In this document: piece after piece, positions 1 to 11,949 of the stretch | Position numbering within the stretch: the stretch's first letter is position 1 | How the letters are laid out: every line of letters starts with the position of its first letter | NCBI RefSeq assembly: GCF_963921235.1 | Contig: NC_086102.1 | Coordinates: 85,064,001-85,128,000 of the forward strand | Reading direction: 5' to 3' | From: Mobula hypostoma | Lineage: Eukaryota | Length of the DNA stretch: 64,000 bases | Made by a program: the position numbers and the translations under genes | The notes under the pieces: generated by a model | Database searches by the model: none | Told to the model about the DNA's origin: nothing | What the model saw: only the letters and a program-made list of their open reading frames with translations

Positions 1-210
1 CATATCATATCTGACCCTACTCATATTTTTCCCAGGATATCTCTATATCTACATCTAAGGTTCATGACAAAGCTGTTGGATTTTTTCATGTGTTCACTAT
101 AAAAACTACCTTTTGGTTGAGCTCAGAAGGTACCTTTCCAGTCGGGCACAGTTCATGCAGTTACACTTATTGTACTAAATGGGATAATGACTCTGAAATT
201 TTCATTGACA

Positions 211-1118
211 TGTTACGTAAACGGCAACAATGAATATCAATCGAGACAGGTTATATAAAAATAACCAAACATTTATTAAACACCGATAAACGATATGGGG
301 AAAAAAGAAAACAAACGAAAACTTTAGCCGGAAGTTAACAGATATGCAATCGTTCACCAACTCACCACTCAGCTCTGGTTCTTAAAGCGTTAAACGTGAA
401 AACAGTTCTTAAAGTGATACAGTCAGATATAGTTCTTAAAGCGATAACTTCGAAAGTCCAACAGATTTACACATTCGATTGGGAGAGGCTTCTCTGGAGA
501 AGGATTTCTTTACAGACACACCTTTACTGCTGGTTCTGTCCACAGGATTCACGATGCCAGAAATTATCAGTTTAAATGGACTGACCTTAAATTCTGGGGG
601 GGGGGAGAGGGGGAGAGGGGGAGGGGGGGAGGGGGTGGAGGAGGAGAGAGAGAACTTTTTTGCATGAACTCTTTGCTCTTTCTGGCAAGAGTTATCTCAA
701 TGCAGGTACTCCTCCAACGAAGACTCAATAAGGTCGATTCTTTATTAAACTGCCAAACTTCTCTTGATCCTTCGATAAATTCCTCACTCTCCCTTCAACT
801 GTTGAAATTGAGTAAATTGGCACATCCAGCCACAAATTCCCAGTCCAAATAATATGGAATCTCTCAACAGAACGCACACTCCGTTTTAAAAATGAAACTG
901 CGTCACAAAAACAAACACGCAACAGAAACGGAGATACAGCACGTTCTACCTGGAAATCTAAAACTTAAAAAACTAACTGGGTCACCTGGGTCGACCCTTA
1001 TATAGTCACGGGGTACATGTCATCACGTGACCTCACATTGGCGGGAAAATCACATCAGGTGACCTCCAAAAGACCATTACATCATTCTCACAAAAAAAAT
1101 CTCCTTGAGCATGTAACA
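211..1118 (-). mobile_element. Solo LTR (Gypsy-type)
   Basis: TGTTAC...GTAACA termini and a 4-bp TSD GACA (207-210 / 1119-1122). TATA-like and AATAAA motifs on the minus strand. Confidence 0.85.
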
Positions 1119-1516
1119 GACAATATACAGAAGAAAAATATTGCAGTTCAACAAGATTCCTGTTAAGTAATAAGAAGTGGTCTAAATTCATGGAATGATA
1201 CCACTTTGTGTGTGGAAATGGGGCATATATCGCTCTTCCACACAGACTTTACTTCCTGAGTCTGGAACTAAATGAGACATTTCAAAAGTAGCTCATTTTG
1301 CATTGATTTAATTCCTATTTTATGATGTTGCATGGAATATAAAGAGAGATTAAAAATAACTGATTTGGCTGATCATATTTATAAGGCAGTAGCTAAAATA
1401 CATCAATCTCATGGATGGGATTTCTTTGACTAGATTCAATTAAGTCTAGGAAGCTGGGATTACTCAACATTACGAGTCATAATATTTATCCTGATATGCT
1501 TTATCAAAATTTACTG

Positions 1517-2335
1517 TGTAATACCCTAGTTAAGATTTCCACTGCTGTGCTGTGAGATGGTTTATATTAGCAGTTTTCTGTAAAGGCAGTGTGCCATGCT
1601 GGAAAGTATGTTTTGACTTCAGCTAAGATAAGAAGCCATGTTGTCCAACTTAGGAATGCGTGTCAGCCAATCAGAATGTGGGATGGGAAAGAAGTCTAGA
1701 GAACTGTGGGGAAGGGTTTTCTGAAGGACAGTAGTTTAGTTTGGGGTCTTTTGGCGGGAGTTGCAGAGCGGGGCAGAAAGGCAGATTCCACAGAATGCCA
1801 TTGGAAGGAGAGTCCTCATTGCAAGCAGTGCTTTGTGCAGATGAATGGCTCCAAGGAGGAAGGGCCGATACTCCTGAGCAAGAGTCAGATAGTTCAAGAT
1901 GGACTCCGAGGGAAGTTCAGAATGTGGTGGGTGCTTTCACACGGACCATAGGCCCAGCATGTGAGTAAGGGATACACCTCAAATACTCTAGTATGAGCAC
2001 CAACAGTTATGTGCATATTGGACTGGCTTAACTGTAATGGCCCTTTTCTTTTCCCTATTAACTATTTGATAAAGCTGAAATTGACAAATATACTTACTTT
2101 ATAATTTTATGCAGTGTTATTGCTTGCCAACTGATAATTGTGTATGGGCAATATTTACACAACATTCTCTCAAATCCAGGTTCCAGTCATTGGCACATCC
2201 CAACTTTCCTGTTTGGTTGAACCCCAAATCATACTGACCCTAGATGTATATTGTTTATGAAAGGTGGCCTTCTCACTACTGAGTCCAAACTTAGCTAACG
2301 ATCCAAGTTTGCATACGAGCCCAGTGAGAATTACA
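1517..2335 (+). mobile_element. Solo LTR
   Basis: TGTAAT...ATTACA termini and a 4-bp TSD ACTG (1513-1516 / 2336-2339). Orientation is tentative. Confidence 0.8.
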
Positions 2336-2583
2336 ACTGCACACCTTTTCTATTTGTAGAAGGCCAATCATTAATAGAGTAGGTCAAACTCACGCGAATG
2401 TGCCTACTTAACAAAGACAATCTCCCTAACAATGACAATCCTATGCATACTCTTTGATATTTTCATAACTCAGGTGATTTTTTGAAATTATTTTATACTT
2501 AACATAGATGTTACAAGCTTTTCTGCCTCTGAATTTTTAGATGTAATAATTCTAAATGTGTGATTTAGAATCAAAGGCGGAAA

Positions 2584-3016
2584 TGTTGGATTGCACTGTA
2601 TAATTGCACTGTATAATTGTTACTTTCTTTGTAGTTTTAACTTTCTTAAGCTTTCTTGCATTTTTATATAATTTTCTATGTATATGCAATTCTTCAGTGT
2701 GTCCCCTAGTGGTTACAGTTCTTTGTATTAACCTGGAAGCTTACTGGGTAATGCATTATTAGAATAGGGGCTAGCTGATTGGTTAACTCTTTATCTACAA
2801 ATTTGAATGGAATGTGTTATCTATAGGGTAGAAGAACAGAGCACGTTAGATCGCCATCTTTTACTTTTCTTCTCTTTTCTCCTTCCCTATCACCTTCTCT
2901 CTATTTTCCTATTCTTTTTGTTGTCTTAGCGCTTAATATACAACCGTGAAGCGGAAAGTTTTATGTCTCATTTTTGACTTCCAAAAGCACCTCGAATCTC
3001 AAATCAGAATCCAACA
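2584..3016 (+). mobile_element. LTR preceded by a polypurine-tract-like sequence
   Basis: 9-bp inverted termini TGTTGGATT...AATCCAACA, with AAAGGCGGAAA immediately 5'. Confidence 0.6.
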
Positions 3017-3067
3017 ACTCTTTGTGTTAATTAAAATTTAAAGATACAAGGTATAGTTTTAGTGACA

Positions 3068-3253
3068 GACACAAAATGCTGGAGGACAGCAACTATGGAA
3101 AAAGAGTACAGTCAACGTTTTGGGCCGAAACCCTTCGGAAGAAACATCAACCATACTTTTTTTCTATAGATGCTGGCTAGCCTGCTGAATTCCTCCAGCA
3201 TTTTGTGTGTATTGCTCGTATTTCCAGCATTTGCAGATTTTCTCTCGTTTGTG
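3068..3253. mobile_element. Penelope terminal (pseudo-LTR) remnant in inverted arrangement
   Basis: ACACAAAATGCTGGAGGA ... TCCTCCAGCATTTTGTGT inverted pair with a degenerate hammerhead. A similar remnant lies at ~24435-24625. Confidence 0.7.
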
Positions 3254-4229
3254 ATAAGATAAAGTTTTATTTGTCACATGTACGTCAAAACATACAGTGA
3301 AATGTGTTGTTTGTGTCAACAACTAACACAGCTTGAGGATGTGCTGGAGGCAGCCTGCAAATGTTGCCATGCTTCAAGAATGCGCAGACTCTCCACAGAC
3401 CGCAACAGGAATCACTAGCCTTGTAAAGTACCACACCAGCTGCAGTAACAGCTTCATTGGCTCCAGTAGTATGATCTCTGTGCTGTCTTAATCTCTACCG
3501 AGCACCTTGGGTCACCAAAGCAACACTTATTCAGAGTGTTAGCCATAAGCATTCTTGAACAAAATTCATGAATCAGTCTGCAGATTGGTCTGTATATCAG
3601 CCACAGATGCGATTTGAGGAGACAGGATGTGCTGTGTGAATGTCGTGGCTGGGCTCTTCAACCCCCATCCCCTACTCAGCACCTTGCAGGATGCAGAAGC
3701 CGATAATTACTGTCAGCTAAATTTAACAGTCTTGTAAACAGATACCAGGACCCACATTTCAATTGCCAAAAGCACTAAGATCTAACTGCTACCATTCAGC
3801 AGGTACTTTCTTGCTGTCACTACAGTCACTTCAGAACCCTCTGCACAGGTTGTGGTTATGGTAAATTCTGCAGAGATCCAGTCAAAAAGGTTTCAGGAGG
3901 CAAACTTCCAGTTCATACACAATAAAAAAAAGAAACCTTGATCAATAAAACTTAGTAAAATAACTGTTTAAATCACCTCAATAACTCCGATATCAGACAC
4001 TTGTCATTCAAAGCTCATGTCAATAAGTATCATAGATAAACGTTCACTTCCAACCTTTCTTAATTCTCTCATCTGTCCATTCTGTACTTTACCAAAGGCC
4101 CTTAGGTTCTAGCAAACTAACACATTCAATCACTTCCTTTGCTACTGCTCAACAGTGGGTGGAACAATACTTCTGATTAGTTTACTTATTGAATAAGCCT
4201 TTCCGTCACTTTGACCCGTGCCATCCAGC

Positions 4230-4415
4230 AATCCCAGCCTAATCACGGGACAATACAGTGACTAATTAACCTACGAACTAGTAAATGTTTGGATTAGGGG
4301 AGGAAACTGGAGCACTCAGAGAAAACCCACATGCACACAGGAATACCTTACAGGCAGCGGCAGGAATTGAACCCGGGTCGTTGGTACTGTAGAGCCTAGT
4401 GCCATCCCGTCACTG
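4230..4415 (-). mobile_element. tRNA-derived V-SINE (HE1-like)
   Basis: Minus-strand B box GGTTCAATTCC and V-domain-like GGGTTTTCTC..GTGCTCCAGTTTCCTCCC. Related copies at ~9700-9935 (-) and ~58152-58282 (+). Confidence 0.7.
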
Positions 4416-4476
4416 CGGAAAAGGTATAAATCTTTGTATTGAGCCAAAAGTTAAGTTTATCTGCAAAATAGTACTA

Positions 4477-4830
4477 TCAGCACATCAGGATGTCTGTGGC
4501 AGAATGCTGCCGACTGGCACATTCTCGGCTGCAGGAATACGTGATGAGGGACGCACTGAAACTTGGTGCAGCCACCGCAAGGGCCCGGTGGGGGAAGGAC
4601 CACAGTTTAGGGCTCTTCTCCTGCGGGAGTGGGATGGATTGGGCAGCAGGAAGTATACCCCTCAACAATGGTTGTATTGTACAATATGAACCAGTAGAGT
4701 GCCACGTGAGTGGATGAAAGTTTTTAACTGTATAGAATGTAATGGTAATGTCTGTAAAGAATTTAGAGTTATTGAACAGTTACTGTAAATAATTTTATTG
4801 TCAATAAAGTATATTTTGATAATAAAAAAA
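4477..4830 (+). mobile_element. Tx1/L1-clade LINE 3' end, 5'-truncated
   Basis: ORF2 C-terminus ECCRLAHSRLQEYVMRDALKLGAATARARWG, then AATAAA and an A-tail. Near-perfect TSD TCTG(C/T)AAAATAGTA at ~4460 and ~4832. Confidence 0.75.
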
Positions 4831-5919
4831 GTCTGTAAAATAGTATCAAAACTGGCCCAGAAACAGCAAAGAGTCAAGCATCCTTACCTCTAATCTGATT
4901 CATAACAGAAACACCGTGCTCTGGACTCCAAAATTGTAATCACTGGCCAACTACAGCCCAGTACATCCTCATCCAATAGGTTATTAAAATAGTCATTTAA
5001 ACTTCATTTTATCGTATCCAAGTACTGAGCCGATATCGTTTTTGGGAAACATGTCAGTCCTCTCCCTGTCGAACTTGCTCTTCAGTTGAGTGCAAATCCG
5101 TTTTAGATGGCAATGTAAGGCACAATGAAAGGGCAATTACTACACAGTCACATTGGCATCTCCAGAAAAGAGAATCTACAATGTACTCACATATCAGAAC
5201 GTGAGCTTAAATGTGCCTGACTATATCAGCAGGCTAATTATTGCAAATTGTGCATGACAAATAGCATATCTTATTTAATAACAATTTATTTTTTATAAGA
5301 CAACTGTACATAGGAAAATATTTTTACATTTAACCAGTCAGAAAGACGCAAAGATATGAAAGCATCTAGAAACAAATGGTTGAAATTAAGCCATGGCTTA
5401 ACATGATTCAGTATAAATCCGTGAGACAAAGGCGAGGTGTGCCAGTTGGAAGACACAACAAAATACTGAGGTATCTGAAGTTTGTCATGATTTAAAAGAG
5501 AAAGAAGAATCAGAACAACATTGGAATAGTCAAACCTAGAAGTAATACAATTATGGATGAAGGTTTGAACGTTAAAAGCACTGCATTAAATGGACTCTAA
5601 ATTTCAGCTCAAAATGACGCAGGTATCCAATCAGAAGTAGAAAGATGGGAAAAAACTCACGTATAATCTGTCAAAGCTTCATGCAGACAAACAAGCTACT
5701 AGATTTGTTAAAGGATTTATTACACCACTTATCAATATTTTATGTTGGCTTGCCACCAATAAAGAGTCATATACACCATAGACAAATACAGGTGTTATTG
5801 CTGCAAATAAGTAGCCTAGTCTCAACCATCAGCAATGTGATGGAAGTCTTAGTTGACAGGACTATCAAGAGACACTTATTCACCAATAACCTACTCAATA
5901 AAGTATAATTTGGATTTCA

Positions 5920-8490
5920 CTATAAGGCATAGGAGCAGAATTAGGCCATTCGGCCCAAAGAATCTGCTCTACCATTCGATCATGGCTGATTTATTATCCC
6001 CTTCAATCCCATCTTCCTGCCTTCACCCCGTAACCTTTGACACCTTGACTAATCCAAGAACCGATCAAACTCAGCTTTAAGTATACTCGATGACTTGGCT
6101 TCTACAGCCGTCCATGGCAATGAAATCCACAGATTCACCACCCTCTGGCAAAAGAAATTCCTTCTCATCTCTGTTCTAAATGGATGTCCCTCTATTCTGA
6201 GGCTGTGCCTTCTGGTCCTAGACCCACCCACTATAGGAAATATCCTTTCCACATCCACTCTCTCTCAGCTTTTCAATAGCTAAACTCCAGCAAGTACAGG
6301 CCCAGGGCCATCAAACACTCCTTGTGCATTAACCCTTTCATTCCCATAATCATTCTTATGAACCTCCTCTGGACCTTCTCCAAAGACTACTCAGCTCAGA
6401 TCACATCAGTTTTGGACCCAAGAGTTGAATTTGAGAGATGTGGAGGACTTGTCCTTGAGATCAAGGCAGCAGTTGACTAAGTGTGGCACCAAGCTGCCTG
6501 GTAAAACAGATATTAATGAGCATTGAAAGGAAAACACTCAAATGGCTGGAGTCATAGCTCACACAAAGGAAGATGGTTGTGGTTGGAGTCTATCATCTCT
6601 CTAGAAAAGGGGTTCGCAACCTGGGGTCGACAGGCCCCTTGGTTAATGGTTGGGGTCTATGAAATAAAGGTTTGGAACCCTTGCCCTGGAGCATCACTGC
6701 AGAAACTCATTGGGGCATGCACTTTGGTAGAGGAAATAAAAGTGTAGACTATTTCCTAAATGTATTCAGCAGCCTCTAGCATAAGATCACTAGTTCATCA
6801 CTGATGACTGCTCAGTGTTCAAATCCAACTTCATTCCTCAGCTAATGAAGCAGCTGGTGCCTGTACACAGCAAAACATAAAAACAGTCGTGCTGGGCAAG
6901 TAACATTCACACCTCAAAAGGGTAAGGTATTGATCATTTTCAACAAAAAAAAGTCTAATCACCTACCCTTGACATTCAATGGCATCACCATTGCTAAAGT
7001 CCACCCCACCACCGCCACTATTATTATTCTGGGGGTGGGGGCGGCATCACCACTGACCACAAATTTGACTGGCAGCGCCACATAAATACCCCAAGCCTAC
7101 AAGAGCAGGTCAGAAGCAAATGAGCCTCCACCCAAGACCTCCACAGGACACAAACCAGGAGTATGACAGAATACTTTCCACTGGCCTGGAAGTATGCAAT
7201 GCCAATAGCTCACAAGAAGCTCAATATCATCCTGGACAAAGAAGCTGACTGGCACCCCATAAACTACCTTAAACATTCATTCCCTCCACCACTGATGCTG
7301 ATTTCAAAACACATCACCCATCTCTCATCACCATTGGATGCAAGACCAAAAGATATAGGAGCAGAATTAGGCTATTTGGCTAATTGAGTCTTCTGCCATC
7401 GTATCAAGGCTGATGCATTTTTACCCTCAGCCCCAATCTCCGGCCTTCTCCCCATATCCCTTCATGCCCTGACCAATCAAGAATTTATCAACCTCTACCT
7501 TAAATATACGCAAAGACTTGACCTCCACAGCTGCCTGTGGCAAAGAATTCCAGATTCACCACTCACTGATGAAAGAAATTCCTCAGCTTCATTCTAAAAG
7601 GACACCGCTCTATTCTGAGGCTGTGTCCTCTGGTCCTACACACTTCTACCATCCTCTCCCACTTCCACTTTATCAAGCTCTTTCCCCATTCGAGAGGTTT
7701 CAATGAGATCTCCCCCTCATTCTTCTGCATTCTATTGAATACAGGTCCAGAGCCGTCAAATGTTCTTCATATGACAAACTGTTCAATCCTAGAATCATTT
7801 TCGTGAACCTCCTTTGAACCCTCGCTAGTTCAGCACATCCTTCATAAGATAAGGGGCCCAAAACTGCTCGCAATATTCCAAGTGAGTCCTCACCAGTGCT
7901 TTATAAAGCCTCAACATTACATCCTTGCATTTAAGGAATCCTGCACACGGACTCCCAAGTCCCTTTGCATCTCAGATTTTTTAATTTTCTCTCCATTCAG
8001 AAAATAGTCTACATTTTTATTTCTTCTACCAAAGCACATGGCCATACATTTCCTGACACTGTATTCCACCTGCCACTTCTTTTCCCATTATTCTAATCTG
8101 TTTAAGTCCATCTGTAGCTTCCCTTCTTCCTCAAAACTACCAGCCCCTCCACCTATATCTGTATCATCCGCAAACTTTGCAACAAAGCCATCAATTCCAT
8201 CATCCAAATCATTGACACATAGTGTGAGAAGCAGTCCAAACACCAGACCCCTGTGGAATACCCACTAGTCATTGGCTCCCTCTTTGCCTCCTGCCAATTT
8301 GGTTTTGTTGCAAAGTTTGCACAGATAGGTGGAGGGACATGTGCTTTTAACACCTTAAGCAGCTTCATGTGTGGTACTTTGTCAAAGGCCGTCTGAAAAT
8401 CCAAGTACGCAACATCAACCAATTCTTTGTGTATCCTGCTTGTTACTTCTTCAAATAATTCCAACAGATTTGTCAGGCAAAATTTTCCCT
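5920..8490 (-). mobile_element. Cluster of decayed CR1-type LINE fragments
   Basis: RT and 3' fragments (FRTEMRRNFF..RVVNLW; YLDFQTAFDKVPH). Includes an opposite-strand LINE fragment (~6420-7300) and a small hAT-like MITE (~6605-6685). Confidence 0.8.
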
Positions 8491-9375
8491 TGAGGAAAGC
8501 ATGCTGATTAAATCCTGGAAGTCCATGCCGAACAGTAATGTGGCTGTATCTTTATCAGAAGGACTACAGCAGTTCAAGGAGGTGACTCGCCATCATTACC
8601 TGCAATTACCAAACCAGCAAAGTTTAAGTGCTAAAAAGGAATATGGTAAAACTCCAATAATTCAGCACCGTAGGGATCCTCAAAATCTTAGCTACTGGTG
8701 ATGACTGTTCACAAAACTGCCAACCTCAAAACAGTGCTCCAATCTGAAACCTTACCTCGAGGCAATGACGTTGCGGCCTTAGATATTAAAATGTATACCT
8801 GCCAGTTAGGTCAGTATCTAATTTAGTGAACTCTATCATGCTTTTCACAGATCCAAACATTTCCAAGCACCAGTGCAACACTTACAACAGAGACATCTTA
8901 CGTAAGGGGTTCACTGGTTCCCTCTTACTAATGACATTGCAGTTAAACATTTCCGGAATATTTGGGAAACTTTCCATCACTAGGCAGCCAAGGGGAAAAT
9001 CAATTTTTAAAAGATAAATTATCAATGCAACAAGTCAATAACTTATGGACGTAGTAAGTTCCAAAATATAATTGTATATATAATAGTAATGTAACAAAAG
9101 TAAGTAAAATCCATGGATTGGAATTAACTGATCAGCTTTGTCAAAGTTCTTGGATAGCTGACATGGCAAAAGATGTCGTCAAAACAATATCCGTAAGAGC
9201 TTACTGCTCGAAGTATGCTAGAGGTGGAAACGGTATGGCAATAGGACAGGCTAGAGGCTCCACAACCTACACCATTAGAAATACGTCACCCAACAAGTGA
9301 TTTGTGTCAGCTGGTTACATATTAAAAGAACAAGTTACAATGATTGAGCACAAAGCTCCATTAAAATGCTATTAC

Positions 9376-9420
9376 CTTTCTTAGTTCCACTGTAACTTCA
9401 TTTCGGTGCCTTCTCATCGT
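9376..9420 (-). CDS. KPNA3: KPNA3 coding exon 2 (IBB domain)
   Basis: Minus strand ttacag|ACG ATG AGA AGG CAC CGA AAT GAA GTT ACA GTG GAA CTA AGA AAG|gtaat = TMRRHRNEVTVELRK, in frame with exon 1. Later exons were not found and presumably lie left of the window. Confidence 0.95.
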
Positions 9421-10477
9421 CTGTAACAGAATAACAACCACACAGAATTAATCAACTTTCTCAACAAATTTCTGTGGTGGTAATGTGCTATAAAGTAGTG
9501 AACGTTTAGTTGTACTCTCTCTAACAAGTCAGTTTAATATCAGGCTGTTAAATATTGCCCACGTTGAAATACACATACGCAGTTCTACCATTTAGATTGT
9601 TATTAATCTGCATGGACATAGGCCTTTCTGCCCATTGAGACCATGCTGATCATTGGCACTACTCCTACAGTAATCCCATTTTAAATTAATCCTACATTCC
9701 CCTCAACTTTCCCAGATCCACTTACTCACACACTAGGAGCCAATTTAATGGCTAATTAACCAACCAAACCCACATCTTCTGGATGTCAGAGGAAACCAGA
9801 CACAGGGGGCAGGGCAGGGTGGGAACCCATGTTCTCACTCGGACAATGCGCAAACTTCACACCGAGGGTAAAGACTGAATGAGGCTCAACACAGCCAAGC
9901 AGCAGCAACAGCTTTACTGGCTGTGCCACTGTGCCAACCTAAACTTCAGTCCACAACCTTTAACAAAAATCAGTTATAACATTTCCAAGTTAACAAGTTA
10001 TTTTTGGAATGCTGAGTTACAGACTTCCACTTTATTCTGCATTAAATGCTTCCTGTAAATTCTCTCAACCACTTGTGACCTTGTATCCTTCTGCTCTGAA
10101 CTCACCCTCCAGTGGAAATCATTTTCTGCTCTATACTTGTCTTTATCCCCATCATGTAAGTGGGATTGCTCTACTAAGCAAAATTTGTCTCCTTAACTCT
10201 GCAAAGTAAACATGCTCTTGTTTGGTCAGGAAAATATAGACCAGAAAACAGACCGCATGTTGGAGCCAGGCTGAAGCACACAGTGAGCAAATTAAGTTTC
10301 TTTTGCTTGCGTCTTTAGGGATAAGAGGGGAGATAAGGTGGAGAGAGTTACGAGGGGGAGTGGTGCAACAAGGGGGCTGCATCACAGTTCACTGGGGCAT
10401 ATACTACAACAGTAGCCATGATAAATCTGACCTCTTACAGAACTAAGAACAAAGCTTGAACTGTAATTCCCCTAAGA

Positions 10478-10722
10478 GAACCACAACTTTGTTGTGTTTT
10501 GGAGGCTTGTGTGACTCAATGACCCAGAGAGCCATGTCAGGGCCTTGTGCTTTACCTCTTGTTAGGGTCACCCATACCAAATAGGTCGAAGGGTAGAGGC
10601 CAGACTAAGAATAGACTGCTGGTCCACCAATTTCAGCTCAGGGTTAACAACCCTGACTGGTCAAAATGATGGAGGACCTTCATTGCTGGCCAAATCGGCA
10701 GTGGCGTAACAGACAGTAAGTA
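10478..10722 (+). mobile_element. Bipartite RTE-derived non-autonomous element (5' end fused to 3' end)
   Basis: RTE/Bov-A-like head (GGAGGCTTG..CTCAATGACCC..GAGCCATG..GGGTCACCCA..CCAGAC..GGTCCAC) joined to an RTE tail (WRTFIA..SGVT; TAAGT). Confidence 0.6.
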
Positions 10723-11949
10723 TGTACTGTGATTGTATTCAAAATAAACATTCAGTTCATATAGAGTATTAATGAAATGAGAAAATGGTCCATTGATGAG
10801 CTGGTGTGGTCAGTTTACTCAGGCAACCTGACCTCGTTATTTTGTGTGAAGAGTTTTCACGCTCCCTACTGCCTTATCATCTGTGTCACAGGTAGAAACT
10901 GCATTCTACACTTATTTCCATTACGTTCAACATTAACACAATAAAAGCTTTGTGCAACAAATTTCAATTCCGTTACTAGCACATGCAGATAATACTTTAA
11001 AACCCAAACTTGGTATACGGTATTGTCCGCCTGCACAGAAGGAGAGAACGTATCGCAAGAAACCATATAACACAGCAGAAATGATCCTACTTTCCCCAAC
11101 ATCCCTCAGTTTACTTCTCACTCGCTTCTTATACTGAGCGGGTCAGACACAGCCACACAGAAGAGCGATGGTACAGTGTGTATGCGGACGTGTAGAAGGG
11201 GAGAGGGCACAAAACAACTGTGGGGGTGGGAGAGGGAGTACAGGTGTCTGGAAGAGGGAAGGTGAGTGAACAGGGTGAGGAGAGAAAGGGAATGTGGCAC
11301 GGGGGATGGAGAAACAGGTAGGAAGCACGATCAACATCTAAGGATACGTGTAATTAGTGGGCCTGTGATGGGGAGCAGTGTAGGGTTGGAACGGGGCGGA
11401 GTGAATTAGTGCAGAGGAAATGAGACATCAGTATGATGAGAGAAGGGGATTCATGGGGTGATAGGCAGAGAGGGAACAGCAGGGACCAAGGGGCAGATAG
11501 TGGCAGGGTTCCAAGGATTGGGGCCTTTAGGGATTGCTGGCTGTGATACACGCCGTTGGAGGAGGAAGAATGGGAGTTTCCGGGATGATGGGCACTTTGG
11601 GTGGAAGTGGAGGATGGAGATGGGAAGGGGCTGGTGAAGGAGCAAGAGGGAGGTTGGGGGAGGGGAGTGAGGGAGCAGGGAGGGTAGGGCGATGGGGGCT
11701 TCAGCAAGAGGGGCGAGGGGGCTGATGGTGAACTGGGGACAGAGGGGGAGCAGTGCTAGCTGGGTGTTGGGGGGGGGAGGTGTTAGGGTTGGGGAGAAGA
11801 GTGGGGAGGTGGACCAGGTGGTGGGTGTGGGTGTTGGGGGGAGTTGAGGGGGGGAGGTGGGTGAGTGCCAGGGAGGGGTAGAGAGGTGGGAATGGGGGCA
11901 GTGGGGAGAAGGGAGCTTGGGGGGGAGAGGGAAGGGAGGTGGGAGAAGG

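Noticed and set aside
4888-4925. Strong minus-strand donor (GAG|GTAAGG) as KPNA3 exon 3
   Set aside because: The upstream frames do not encode the expected NKRDEHLLKKRNVP-like sequence.
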